64,000 nt of DNA, taken from assembly GCA_002269645.1 (NCBI GenBank), contig NIVC01001111.1:124001-188000 (forward strand), in the 5' to 3' direction. This DNA comes from Macrostomum lignano (Eukaryota). The notes beneath the pieces were generated by a model. The model had not been told where the DNA came from. It did no database searches and saw only the letters and a list, made by a program, of their open reading frames with translations. Shown piece after piece: positions 22,926-35,302 of this stretch (the first letter of the stretch is position 1; each line of letters starts with the position of its first letter). Both the position numbers and the translations under genes were made by a program.

Positions 22926-25233
22926 CCCTCATTTTGGCGCCACAGGCAGACACTCATTTTGGCTCCACAGACAGGCACTCATTTTGGCTCCACAGACAGG
23001 CACTCATTTTGGCTCCACAGACAGGCACTCATTTTGGCTCCACAGACAGGCACTCATTTTGGCTCCACAGACAGGCACTCATTTTGGCTCCACAGACAGG
23101 CACTCATTTTGGCTCCACAGACAGGCACTCATTTTGGCTCCACAGACAGGCACTCATTTTGGCTCCACAGACAGGCACTCATTTTGGCTCCACAGACAGG
23201 CACTCATTTTGGCTCCACAGACAGGCACTCATTTTGGCTCCACAGACAGGCACTCATTTTGGCTCCACAGACAGGCACTCATTTTGGCGCCACAGGTAGG
23301 CACTCATTTTGGCGCCGCAAGCAGGCACTCATTTTGGCGCCACAGGCAGGCACTCATTTTGGCGCCACAGGCAGGCACTCATTTTGGCGCCACAGGCAGG
23401 CACTCATTTTGGCTCCACAGACAGGCACTCATTTTGGCGCCACAGGCAGGCACTCATTTTGGCTCCACAGACAGGCACTCATTTTGGCTCCACAGACAGG
23501 CACTCATTTTGGCGCCACAGGTAGGCACTCATTTTGGCGCCGCAAGCAGGCACTCATTTTGGCGCCACAGACAGGCACTCATTTTGGCGCCACAGGCAGG
23601 CATTCATTTTGGCGCCGCAGGCAGACACTCATTTTGGCGCCACAGGCAGGCACTCATTTTGGCTCCACAGACAGGCACTCATTTTGGCGCCACAGGTAGG
23701 CACTCATTTTGGCGCCACAGGCAGGCACTCATTTTGGCGCCACAGGCAGGCACTCATTTTAGCGCCACAGGCACTCATTTTGGCGCCGCAGGCAGACACT
23801 CGTTTTGGCGCCACAGACAGGCACCCATTTTGGCGCCGCAAGCAGGCACTCATTTTGGCGCCACAGGTAGGCACTCATTTTGGCGCCGCAAGCAGGCACT
23901 CATTTTGGCGCCACAGGCAGGCACTCATTTTGGCGCCACAGGCAGGCACTCATTTTGGCGCCACAGGCAGGCACCCATTTTGGCGCCACAGGCAGGCACC
24001 CATTTTGGCTCCACAGACAGGCACCCATTTTGGCGCCACAGGCAGGCACTCATTTTGGCGCCACAGACAGGCACTCATTTTGGCGCCACAGGCAGGCACT
24101 CATTTTGGCGCCACAGGCAGGCATTCATTTTGGCGCTGCAGGCAGACACTCATTTTGGCGCCACAGGCAGGCACTCATTTTGGCGCCACAGGCAGGCATT
24201 CATTTTGGCGCCGCAGGCAGACACTCATTTTGGCGCCACAGGCAGGCACTCATTTTGGCGCCACAGGCAGGCACTCATTTTGGCGCCACAGGCAGACACT
24301 CATTTTGGCTCCACAGACAGGCACTCATTTTGGCTCCACAGACAGGCACTCATTTTGGCGCCACAGGCAGGCACTCATTTTGGCTCCACAGACAGGCACT
24401 CATTTTGGCGCCACAGGTAGGCACTTATTTTGGCGCCACAGGCAGGCACTCATTTTGGCGCCACAGGCAGGCACTCATTTTAGCGCCACAGGCACTCATT
24501 TTGGCGCCGCAGGCAGACACTCGTTTTGGCGCCACAGACAGGCACTCATTTTGGTGCTGCAGGCAGGCACTCATTTTGGCGCCGCAGGCAGGCACTCATT
24601 TTGGCGCCACAGGCAGGCACCCATTTTGGCGCCGCAAGCAGGCACTCATTTTGGCGCCACAGGTAGGCACTCATTTTGGCGCCGCAAGCAGGCACTCATT
24701 TTGGCGCCACAGGCAGGCACTCATTTTGGCGCCACAGGCAGGCACTCATTTTGGCGCCACAGGCAGGCACTCATTTTGGCGCCACAGGCAGGCACCCATT
24801 TTGGCTCCACAGACAGGCACCCATTTTGGCGCCACAGGCAGGCACTCATTTTGGCGCCACAGACAGGCACTCATTTTGGCGCCACAGGCAGGCATTCATT
24901 TTGGCGCCACAGGCAGGCATTCATTTTGGCGCTGCAGGCAGACACTCATTTTGGCGCCACAGGCAGGCACTCATTTTGGCGCCACAGGCAGGCATTCATT
25001 TTGGCGCCGCAGGCAGACACTCATTTTGGCGCCACAGGCAGGCACTCATTTTGGCGCCACAGGCAGGCACTCATTTTGGCGCCACAGGCAGACACTCATT
25101 TTGGCTCCACAGACAGGCACTCATTTTGGCTCCACAGGCAGGCACTCATTTTGGCGCCACAGGCAGGCATTCATTTTGGCGCCGCAGGCAGACACTCATT
25201 TTGGCGCCGCAAGCAGGCACTCATTTTGGCGCC
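22926..25233. repeat. Minisatellite, 25-bp unit, about 92 copies
   Basis: Unit ggcactcattttggc(g/t)ccacag(g/a)ca; stop-free on the plus strand, producing the 141-567 aa repetitive ORFs. Confidence 0.95.
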
Positions 25234-25544
25234 CTGAAGCAAAATTATTGATTTCCACAACAGTTCAAAAGGTAAAAATAGCATTGGCATATTCCCCCCA
25301 CAGCTTTTACTGGGGGCATGTCATCCCCCCCCCCCCCGGTGGCGACGCCCTGCATATCTCTAGTGCATTAATTGATGAAGCATTATAGACTAATCTTCTA
25401 AACAGGTTTTACGAGTATTTAGTAGCCTTCAGCCAAAGTTGCAATAATGAGCCCAATGAAAGCAGATTATAGAATTGAAGTCAAGCAAGACTTCGAAAGT
25501 TTCAAAAAGAAGCAGCCATGCGCCGACAGTTGGTGTTTCGGGTG

Positions 25545-25796
25545 TCACTTTCTGAACAGGCAGAAGCAAATGCAGCAGAAGATGAATGCCATGCTAATTA
25601 GCAGGCTAATTATCAGCACTATCGAAGTGGCCTTCATTCCTTCGGTTGGCGCCGCCTGCGTCTCGTGACCGCCTCCGGCTGTGGTTGTCGGCGGATTTGT
25701 CCGAGCGCCGCCGCCCGATGACTCAGAGGCAGTGCGAGAAACCGCAGTGAGCAGAATTAGAAGCTTTAGAGCTTGAAGAAGATTGCTCGGCCTCAT
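25545..25796 (-). CDS. Candidate small type I membrane protein (83 aa)
   Basis: Signal-peptide-like N-terminus, S/T/G-rich linker, hydrophobic helix ending in CCICFC, basic FRK tail; gccATG context preceded by an acceptor and a possible 35-nt GT-AG intron (25805-25839). Confidence 0.5.
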   Translation of the reverse strand: MRPSNLLQALKLLILLTAVSRTASESSGGGARTNPPTTTAGGGHETQAAPTEGMKATSIVLIISLLISMAFIFCCICFCLFRK

Positions 25797-26018
25797 GGCT
25801 CCGACTGAATAGTGACCAGTTGAATTGTAAAATTTTCACCTGAACTCTTCTTTCCAGCATCCAACGCGATCTTGCAGGGCGGTGTGCTGCGAAGGCCGGT
25901 TTTCGGGAGGGGATGGTGGCTTAATTAATAATGCAAATTAGCGCCTTGCACCTAATTTCTTGGAACCGTGGGAATTGAGGCGAAATAAGATAAGGGCACG
26001 TGCAAAACAAAAGAAACT

Positions 26019-26778
26019 GTACCTGGGAGGTACATGTAGAGATGTCCTACCTGGGATGTACATGTAGAGGTGTCCTACCTGGGAGGTACATGTAGAGGTG
26101 TCCTACCTGGGAGGTACATGTAGAGGTGTCCTACCTGGGAGGTACATGTAGAGGTGTCCTACCCGGGAGGTACATGTAGAGATGTCCTACCTGGGATGTA
26201 CATGTAGAGATGTCCTACCTGGGATGTACATGTAGAGGTGTCCTACCCGGGAGGTACATGTAGAGGTGTCCTACCTGGGATGTACATGTAGAGATGTCCT
26301 ACCCGGGAGGTACATGTAGAGGTGTCCTACCTGGGAGGTACATGTAGAGGTGTCCTACCTGGGAGGTACATGTAGAGGTGTCCTACCTGGGAGGTACATG
26401 TAGAGATGTCCTACCTGGGATGTACATGTAGAGATGTCCTACCCGGGAGGTACATGTAGAGGTGTCCTACCTGGGAGGTACATGTAGAGGTGTCCTACCT
26501 GGGAGGTACATGTAGAGGTGTCCTACCTGGGAGGTACATGTAGAGGTGTCCTACCTGGGATGTACATGTAGAGGTGTCCTACCTGGGATGTACATGTAGA
26601 GGTGTCCTACCTGGGAGGTACATGTAGAGGTGTCCTACCCGGGATGTACATGTAGAGGTGTCCTACCCGGGATGTACATGTAGAGATGTCCTACCTAGGA
26701 GGTACATGTAGAGGTGTCCTACCTGGGAGGTACATGTAGAGGTGTCCTACCTGGGAGGTACATGTAGAGGTGTCCCAC
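26019..26778. repeat. Minisatellite, 28-bp unit, about 27 copies
   Basis: Unit ctacctgggaggtacatgtagaggtgtc containing the palindrome TACATGTA. Confidence 0.95.
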
Positions 26779-27398
26779 ATGGTTCGTATTCTTAGAGGAG
26801 AGCACAATCTAACAAAGAGCATATATGTATACGTTAAAGACTGTGAATACAGCGAGTCATGCAATACCGCTCCTCCACCTAAGTCTCCATGCTTGAATGC
26901 CAGAATAGACATGGATGGACTGACTCAGGACTACTAAATGTTCTTATGTAGTGGAACTTCGCCCCCAACAAACTTGTTTTCTGCATGCCTCTATTCTGTC
27001 CACTTCGTGCCAAGATTTGATGGGGCTTTTCATACGACTCGTTTCCAGTCCAGCGGAATTCTATACATGTTTATAGGAGTCCCTGGACTTTAACCCCTGG
27101 GATTTAGCGGCAGACAACAGCTGTTCCTGCCTTAGCTGGGTGGGGGGGGGGTGTTGAGCTCTGAGCGACTCTGGTTTTTGTACGAGTAGAATACCGCGCT
27201 ATATTGGAAGCCATACCGGATAGCCCAATAAACAATTAAAGATTGTCCGGAATGGGACCTGGGGATCCAGGGGAGCGCCAGATTTGGAATATTTGTGGTT
27301 TCATTAAAGTCAGAAATTTCTCAGAATTGAATTAACTCTCTGCCAGATAATTCAGTTGGCAGAGAGCGTAAATAAAATGAAAACTATAAAAGACTGAG

Positions 27399-27658
27399 GT
27401 GTGAGACAGTGAGAGAGTGTGAGACAGTGAGAGAGTGTGACACAGTGAGAGAGGTGTGACACAGTGAGAGAGGTGTGAGACAGTGAGAGAGGTGTGACAC
27501 AGTGAGAGAGGTGTGACACAGTGAAAGAGGTGTGACACAGTGAGAGAGGTGTGAGACAGTGAGAGAGGTGTGAGACTGAGAGAGGTGTGACACAGTGAGA
27601 GAGGTGTGAGACAGTGAGAGAGGTGTGAGACAGTGAGAGAGGTGTGAGACAGTGAGAG
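27399..27658. repeat. Minisatellite, 18-bp unit
   Basis: Unit gtgagacagtgagagag(g/t). Confidence 0.9.
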
Positions 27659-27910
27659 AGGGAGAGACAAGGGAGAGAGGGAGAGACAGAAGGGAGAGAG
27701 GGAGAGACAGAAGGGAGAGAGGGAGAGACAGAAGGGAGAGAGGGAGAGACAGAAGGGAGAGAGGGAGAGACAGAAGGGAGAGAGGGAGAGACAGAAGGGA
27801 GAGAGGGAGAGACAGAAGGGAGAGAGGGAGAGACAGAAGGGAGAGGGAGAGACAGAAAGGAGAGAGGGAGAGACAGAAGGGAGAGAGGGAGAGACAGAAG
27901 GGAGAGAGGG
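27659..27910. repeat. Polypurine minisatellite, 21-bp unit
   Basis: Unit gggagagacagaagggagaga, directly fused to the 18-bp array. Confidence 0.9.
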
Positions 27911-28459
27911 CGAGGGAAAGCAGTGAGCTGAGATGGAAGTCAAGTAGAATGAATAAGTAAGAAGCATTCACTGCTAAGTATACTCACAAATAAGTATATC
28001 CTGGCAAACAGTCAGCAGTCAACAGTCAACAGGATGCACTGAACGCGTAGACAAAGTAGGGCAAGACTGGCGGCTGGAGGGAGCAGCTTAGCAGAAATGG
28101 CTGCAGCAGCAAAAGCATCAATTGTTTTATAGCAGCAAATCTTGCAGCTATTATTGCCCTCCCTCTGTAGCCGCCTGTTGGATGGTAGGCAATTTTTAGC
28201 GAGACAGAGAATAAGGATTTAAACTGGTGCAGGCACGGGGGAGCGGGGAGCTTAGGATGTAGCATGAATAGGAAACAAGACGGGGATGGTGAAGTGTTGA
28301 GAAGAATTTGAATGAAGGCCCAGACTGCCCCCCCCCCCCCCAGCTGACAGTGCAGCTGTGGGGACTGAGTTAGGAGGGAGAGTGGCCAGGGTCTGCTTCA
28401 CAATTAACTAAAAGCGAGTTATAAATATTCATTTTGGAGATTATTACCGGGTACTTGGG

Positions 28460-28815
28460 TCGCTAGATTAGCAATCCGATACTAATTGTAAATTACACTA
28501 GTCGCTAGATTAGCAACCCATTACTAATTGCACACTACACTAGTCGCTAGATTAGCAATCCATTACTAATTGTACACTACACTAATCGCTAGATTAGCAA
28601 TCCATTACTAATTGTACATTACACTAGTCGCTAGATTAGCAATCCATTACTAATTGTACATTACACTAGTCGCTAGATTAGCAATCCATTACTAATTGCA
28701 CATTACACTAATCGCTAGATTAGCAATCCATTACTAATTGTACATTACACTAGTCGCTAGATTAGCAATCCATTACTAATTGCACATTACACAAGTCGAT
28801 AGTTTAGCAATCCAT
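28460..28815. repeat. Minisatellite, 42-bp unit, about 8.5 copies
   Basis: Unit gtcgctagattagcaatccattactaattgtacattacacta. Confidence 0.92.
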
Positions 28816-29480
28816 TTTTTATTAAAAAACAAACAATAGTGACAAATCAAAATTACTTTGCATTTCACTCCATCGGTGTTAAAGACTTGAACCGGTGCAT
28901 TTAGTTGTAGATAAGTTATTAATTTAATACCGGTTTAATAGTAGGCAGGTAATTCAATAGATTATTAATTAATTTAAGGTTTATTCAGCTTACTTTCTGT
29001 AGCCTCAACGCAGCAGGTTTTAAGATGACTCGCAAAATTTATAATCCAACAATCTGAAGACAGCGTTGAAAAGGTTAGATCAGAAAACAATTCAAGCAAA
29101 TTTGAAAACAAAGTTTCTAAGTTCATCGATAAGGTAAGCTGATAACAGCAGACTAACAATATGGCAAAGCATTATTTTTTATATATTTAAAGGAAATTTA
29201 AACTAACCCAAAACTCCAACGAACTTTGAGTAAGTACAAAACAATAAGAATAGCAGAGACAATAAAACAGATATTTGTAGTAAAAAATGCTCCACTAAAG
29301 CCAATAGGTATTTTATTTAGTCAGTTCTTGCGCTATACATTTCTGCATTCTGCATTCTGGTTTTCTGTGTCCAAATTGGGCTGGCAAGCTATCACTTAGA
29401 CCACTGGCTTTTATGTACATGCTCTTCACTATGATGTGATGAAAATCAGACAGCTTTTAATTACATTATACAAGTGTAAC

Positions 29481-29769
29481 ACCGACACTTCATATCTCCG
29501 ACACTTCATATCTCAACACTTCATATCTCAAACACTTCATATCTCCGACACTTCATATCTCAACACTTCATATCTCAAACACTTCATATCTCCGACACTT
29601 CATATCTCCGACATTTCATATCTCCGACACTTTATATCTCAGACATTTCATATCTCCGACACTTTATATCTCAGACATTTCATATCTCAGACACTTCATA
29701 TCTCAGACACTTCATATCTCAGACACTTCATATCTCCGACACTTCATATCTCAGACACTTCATATCTCC
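29481..29769. repeat. Minisatellite, 15-16-bp unit
   Basis: Unit c(a/c)gacacttcatatct, 160 bp downstream of the NOMO stop. Confidence 0.92.
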
Positions 29770-29929
29770 GTTAGGAATAGGTTATTAAGCTTGGTCGGAG
29801 AAAATTCTAATTATGAAACTGAATATTCAAACCGGCCAATATTAGAACGCAGAACAGAAATGGCAACTGCGCTATTATTAAAAGCATTGCTGCTCAGATT
29901 TTGATGGACAATAAGACGAGGCTAAAAGT

Positions 29930-30904
29930 TCAGGAATGACCGCCGCCCTGCTTCTTGCGCCTGTTAATATAATAGAGCGGCTTCTGCTGCTGCTGCTGAG
30001 CCCTGGACGGCTCCAGCAGCTCCTTCGGCACATCCGACAGCGGGTCCGCCCGGCCTCCGCCCCCAGAGCCGCCGTCGCCGCCGCTGGACCCGCCAGCCGA
30101 GGACCGCTTCGGGGAATCGCCGCCGCCGCCTCCGCCAGCGGCCGCTCTCAGTCGGGACAGCAGCCCGGAGAGCGCGGCGGCCACGGCCGGGCCAATCAGA
30201 TCGCGGTGGTGGGCCAGCAGCAGCACGAGGGCGGTGAATGGAATCAATAGGAACGAGCCAGTACTGATCTCGCGCTCCGATAAGCGCCTAGTGGCGGCAA
30301 AGTCGAAGTGCAAATTCACGGCGCTGCCGTTAGACAGGAAGCGGCGCTCCTCGGTGCCAAACGAATACAGGTGGCGGGGCAGGCGGCTGTGCAGGGTGAC
30401 CACGTACTGCTGATTGTCATTCGGCACGGCGCTGGAGTACATGAGGATGCGGTCGGCCAGGTCGCAGGCGTCCGTAAGGCGACCGGGGCTGAGCTCCGGG
30501 TGTACGGTCAGGTGCAGCGATTGACGCTGCTCGCGATTCTTGGCCGACACGGTGACAAACAGGTCGGTGTGGCCCGGCCGCGGCAGGCCGTAGAACACCA
30601 GGCCGGTGGCGTCGGCCGCGGCCACGGTGACGGACTCGGACGGCGGCAATGTCCGGTCTACGGCCGGCTGTCCGGGCCGCACGGAGACGTTATAGCGGCA
30701 GCCAGAGGCAAGGCCGCGCAGGCGGAACTCACCACCAGCGTCCGTGTCGGCCGTCTCGGTGCCCTGCTGGCAGGCCGAGTCGGGGACGCCCGTGACGGCA
30801 ATGTCAGCCAGCGGCGCGCCAGACAGGGAGACCACGCGGCCGTAGGCTGAGTAGCCGGTGCGGACTGGGCGTAGGGTGACCTCAGTGACCTCGCCCTCCT
30901 TCAC
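29930..30904 (-). CDS. NOMO: Nodal modulator (NOMO) coding exon 5, last; includes TM helix and cytosolic tail
   Basis: gcatccag|GTG; VKEGEVTEV...GYSAYGRVVSLSG...GEFRLRGL; TM FLLIPFTALVLLLA; stop 29930-29932. Confidence 0.88.
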   Translation of the reverse strand: MKEGEVTEVTLRPVRTGYSAYGRVVSLSGAPLADIAVTGVPDSACQQGTETADTDAGGEFRLRGLASGCRYNVSVRPGQPAVDRTLPPSESVTVAAADATGLVFYGLPRPGHTDLFVTVSAKNREQRQSLHLTVHPELSPGRLTDACDLADRILMYSSAVPNDNQQYVVTLHSRLPRHLYSFGTEERRFLSNGSAVNLHFDFAATRRLSEREISTGSFLLIPFTALVLLLAHHRDLIGPAVAAALSGLLSRLRAAAGGGGGGDSPKRSSAGGSSGGDGGSGGGGRADPLSDVPKELLEPSRAQQQQQKPLYYINRRKKQGGGHS

Positions 30905-31122
30905 CTGGATGCAGTTTAGCGAATAAATAGGTTTCAATTTGTAATAGAAAAATAACACTTTGTTCTACTGAAAGTAGGATGCACAAAGTGCCGATTCCAG
31001 TTGAAAATCAAAGAGAACTCATCGAGCATCAGATTTGCATTTTTTACGATTTCTCGCCCTTCCTTCTAAGAGCTACTTGGGATGGCATAAAACTGACTAA
31101 CTGGCCATCTATCTGGTTGCTT

Positions 31123-31258
31123 TTACACTTCAATGTGCCTTGGGGTTTGGCCCTTGAGGGCGTTAATTGCACGAGCAGAGCCAAGCCGAGATTCCAATTT
31201 AGCCCCTAATTAATGTGACTGCACTTGGAATCGAGCCTGAGCTGCTGGCACATAAGAG
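31123..31258 (-). mobile_element. SINE family A fragment
   Basis: Reverse complement matches the B box ggctcgattcc and following body (gctaaattggaatctcggcttggctctgctcgtgcaattaacg) of 9813-10177. Confidence 0.75.
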
Positions 31259-31299
31259 TTAGACTAATTAACTAATAATTAATAATTAATTAATTAATA

Positions 31300-31594
31300 A
31301 TGATTACACCTAGCCTAGTGAGCATATGTGCAACCGACAGCTCAGCCGCAGCTATTGCGCGGCGCATCTGAAGGCTGCATACGGCTGTTCAGTTCAAAGA
31401 CTGGGAGGTCGCCACACACACCCTCAATAACCCCAGCTAATGCTGGCACCAATTTTACAGCTGGATGAACTGAAGCAATGCAGAGTTATAAGTGTCTTGC
31501 TCAAGGACACAAATAGTTCCGAGTGGGATCGGGAATCGAACCCCCGACATTCAAATCGCAAATCTGACGCTCTGACTACTAGGCTACAACCCCC
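31300..31594 (-). mobile_element. tRNA-derived SINE, family B, with CORE-like central domain
   Basis: Head ggggttgtagcctagtag...ggggttcgattcc; central tgtgtccttgagcaagacactt...cagctgtaaaat; AT-rich tail; near-identical to 42130-42413. Confidence 0.82.
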
Positions 31595-31610
31595 TAACTA
31601 ACTAACTAAT

Positions 31611-31655
<45 letters not shown>

Positions 31656-31758
31656 GACTAACTGACTAACTGACTAACTAACTAACTAACCAACTAATCA
31701 ACTAACTAACTAACTAACTCACTAAATAACTAAATAACTAACTAACTAACTAACTAGT

Positions 31759-31829
<71 letters not shown>

Positions 31830-31845
31830 TTAGTTAACTAACTAC
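31595..31845. repeat. (AACT)n microsatellite (NOMO intron 4)
   Basis: About 60 copies of taac. Confidence 0.93.
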
Positions 31846-31899
31846 CTAATAACTAAAAATCCAACTCAGCCTCAGCCGCAGACACCCGGATCTCCTCAC

Positions 31900-33054
31900 C
31901 ATAACCTCGGCGCTGGCGGGCTCGAAGCGGAACTCCTTCACCATGCCTCTCACGTAGTACCGGCCGGGCATCAGATCCGAGAACACGGCCAGGCCGGCCG
32001 AGTCAGTGGCCTGATGAAACCTGGACGAGTCGCCGCTCATGGACACCAGCACGCTGGGCAGGCCACTCTGCACGTGCACGCCGGCCAGGCGGTGGGCCCG
32101 CAGGGTGCGCCGCTCGTCCGGCCGCTTGCACGGCCGCTCCTCGAACCGGTAGCCAGTCAGGCGGCCGGCCAGCTGGTAGGCCCGGTCCGCCAGCACCGGC
32201 CCGAATTCGAACCGGCCGTCCGGGCCAGTTGTCAGCGAAGCCACCGCCTCGACCTCGCCCTCCGACTCCGACGCCCCGCCGGCCAGTTGAAGCGACACCT
32301 CGACGCCGGACAGTGGCGGTTCGACTTGGCCGACAATTCGCTGACCGCGCCGGACAGTGAAGCGAAGAGTCTGCGGCTGGCAGGACAGCGGGTCCATGAC
32401 GGTCAGGCCGGCTGTGGCCGGCTCCAGCACCGAGTTGTTGGCCAGGATGCGAGCCTCCAGCACAGCGCCGGCCGGGTAGTGCATGTCGACAACTGCGACC
32501 GGCGGCTCCTGCGACTTGGCCGGCGGCTTCAAGTTAAACTGGCCGGCCGGTTTGCCGTCGGCTGTCAGATCGATTCGGACAGGCTCGCCGGATCTGCCGC
32601 CGATGTCCGGATAGTCGGCGGCCAGCCGGACAAGGAAAGCGGCGGCCGAGAAGCTGACTGAGTCGCCCGGCCGTTCCAGCTTGGCGGTGTCGGCGGCCAG
32701 CCGGTGGCAGGAGGCGGCCCGCAGCTGCAGAGGTGGAGTGGCCGGGCTGTCCAAGCAGATCTCGGTGCGGCCCTGGGCCACCCGAATCGTGTTCGGCTTG
32801 GCGCCAGAGGCGGGCGAGTAGCTCAACTCGAGGTCGTGACTAGAGGATACGAAGGCTTTGAAGCCGGTGACGCGAAATTCCAGGGTCTTGGGCTTGTTGG
32901 ACAGGTCGGTCACTTGGAGCTGGCGCGAGGCCCAGCATAGCAGGTCGCCGCCGGCCAGGGTGGCCGTGTAGGTGCCGGGCAGCTGGCCGGGTAGGCTAAA
33001 TGCGCCGTTGGCGGTAACCGGAGCGGTGCTAGTCTCCTCGCCGGATAGGGTCAC
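31900..33054 (-). CDS. NOMO: NOMO coding exon 4
   Basis: accaacag|GTG ... ATG|gtgagg; VSMSGD...FSDLMPGRYYVRGMVKEFRFEPAS matches the NOMO pattern; 385 codons. Confidence 0.88.
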
Positions 33055-33239
33055 CTGTTGGTAATGGTGAGCACAATTGATTGGAGACGGAAAATGCTAA
33101 TTCATGTCGGTAGTTGGGAGTTGAGTCACATAGGAACTTGTGAGAGGGTGTCACGCCGAAAATGGGGGAGGGAGTGATTCACAGAAGATAGGAGTGAGTC
33201 ACAGCGGAAGTTGGGAGAGTGAGCTACACCGGGTCATAC

Positions 33240-33700
33240 GGGGAGTAGGGAGAGTCGTGAGTCATACCGGAAGTTGAGAGTCATGGGAGTCATCCGGAAG
33301 TTGAGAGTCATGGGAGTCATACCGGAAGTTGAGAGTCATGGGAGTCATACCGGAATTATACCGGAAGTTAAGAGTCATGGGAATTATACCGGAATTTGAG
33401 AGTCGTAGGAGTCATCCGGAAGTTGAGTCATAGGAGTCATTCGAAAAATGGGTCATCGGAGTCAAACCGGAAGTTGAGAGTCATGGGAGTCATCCGGAAG
33501 TTGAGAGTCATGGGAGTCATCTGGAAATTGATCCATGGGAGTCATTCGGAAGTTGAGAGTCATGGGAGTCATCCGGAAGCTGAGAGTCATGGGAAGTCAT
33601 ACCGGAAGTTGAGAGTCATGGGAAGTCATACCGGAAGTTGAGAGTCATGGAAGTCATCCGGAAGCTGAGAGTCATGGGATTCATTCGGAAGTTGAGATTT
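33240..33700. repeat. Intronic minisatellite, 27-29-bp unit (NOMO intron 3)
   Basis: Unit ccggaagttgagagtcatgggagtcat. Confidence 0.85.
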
Positions 33701-33792
33701 TTCACACAGGATGACGGGCTCGTGGAGATAGGGAGGCAGGAAGACGCTGACACCTGAAAGAGCGGGCCAAATAATGAGTCCACAAATCTCAC

Positions 33793-34320
33793 CTGCAGAT
33801 CGGCGGGACACTGCCCCCCAGGACAGCCGACAACTTTGCCGTTAACTTCAACCCGCTGCTCCTTAAGCAACAGTCCAGTTGTCGGGCCGCTGACTGTGAT
33901 TTCTCGCTGCGCCCGGCCGCAGCGCAGAACGTGCCGGTCGGCCGTCAGGTAGATGCAAAACGTGCCGTCCTGCTCAGTTTCCGACGCTTCAATGTCCGGC
34001 ACGCTTAGGCTGGTCACCGGCCGGACGCCGAGGCCTTCGGCTCGGCCGCAGACGCGAAATTTATCAGGACGAATGTCGGTTGAGAAGGCCAGGGAGTCCG
34101 TGCGGCCAGGCAGGAACAGCATGTCCGGATAGGTCACCTGAACTGTCCAGCTGGAGCGTCGCTCCGGACAGTGCAGCAGGAATCGGCCGTCGGCGCCGGT
34201 GTCCGTTTCGATAGATGACGACGACGACGAGCCCTGGGGCTCAACAAGGCGGACGTGGGCGCCGGACAGGGCCGCGCCGTCTGGGCCGACTACGCGACCG
34301 CGGAGCACGACTCCGGTGGC
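33793..34320 (-). CDS. NOMO: NOMO coding exon 3
   Basis: cacgcacag|GCC ... CAG|gtgaga; ATGVVLRGRVVGPDG...FRVCGR; 176 codons. Confidence 0.85.
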
Positions 34321-34622
34321 CTGTGCGTGAGATGGAGAATTCAATAAGGACTAAGGAGGGCGGCGTCACGTGATACCCGGTGCAGTTTACACTGGGGTAG
34401 GTTGGAGATGGGAGAGAGTATACGAGTAGATGGTTAGGAAACTTTTGGGAGGGGGGGGGCAAAGGTATATGCAGAAGTTGGAAAGGAGTGAGAGGCACGA
34501 GCAGATACGGAGGCTGAAGACAGGCGAGAGGAGTGGCAGGTGGACCGGGATAGGTGAAAAGTACAGCAAGCTAGGCGAGATGGGGAGGTTAGCATTCCTG
34601 GAAACCAAAGCGAGCCAAACAC

Positions 34623-35243
34623 CTTGAACACGCTGCCCATGTGCAGGTCGGCGTGCCGCACCCGCAGGCTGAGCCGGTCGGGCTCGATCCGATAGTCCGG
34701 ATGGAACGGCACCAGAGTGTACTCGCCTCCGGGCACGTCAACAAATCGGCCAACCCCGTCGGCGCCGGTGACGGCCCGGCAGAGCGGTCGCTCGGTCGGC
34801 GGCAGAGGCGAGCGGAATTCCGGATGCGGTTTGCCGGGCTTCTCACATTTGACGCCGTCGGCCAGTGCGCCGTACAGGTAGAGCTGGGCGCCGGCGCCGA
34901 CATCGGCCAGGCCGGCCGACACGGCGAAGCCTTTCACAACCAGAGCATCGCCCGGTTTAGCGTTGTCATTGGCAACGTCCACGTCTAGGCGGTCTTTCTC
35001 GAAAGCGGCCGCCCCGCCGCCGGCAGGCAGATCCGGTCGGACAGTGTACTGGCCGGGCGGCACCCGGACGAACACAAATTTGCCATCGGCGTCGGTGGAG
35101 TTGGCCGCCAGTTTTGAGCCAGAGCGACGGTCGATTAGCGCCAGCGGCAGGTCGGGCGGCCCGGTGCGCAGGCCCCTGGTGTGCACGGAGCCGTATATGG
35201 CGTAGCCTAGCAGGCGGAAGTCGAGATCGCGCTGGCAGGAGTC
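34623..35243 (-). CDS. NOMO: NOMO coding exon 2
   Basis: Preferred acceptor ccccgagcag|GAC (nearby in-frame alternatives exist), donor AAG|gtgttt; DLDFRLLGYAIYGSV...DGKFVFVRVPPGQY...YTLVPFH; 207 codons. Confidence 0.8.
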
Positions 35244-35302
35244 CTGCTCGGGGTATTTGGTGGGTTGCTGGCGCTCGACTAACTATAATATACACTTTAC
35301 AG

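Noticed and set aside
22874-25388. Long ORFs of 141-567 aa
   Set aside because: They are translations of a 25-bp tandem repeat in all three frames, with no unique domain or codon signal.
31510-31594. Possible tRNA genes (also 9813-9875, 42645-42722, 51337-51400)
   Set aside because: A and B boxes are present but no closed acceptor stem or terminator; each continues into a shared repeat body, so they are SINE heads.
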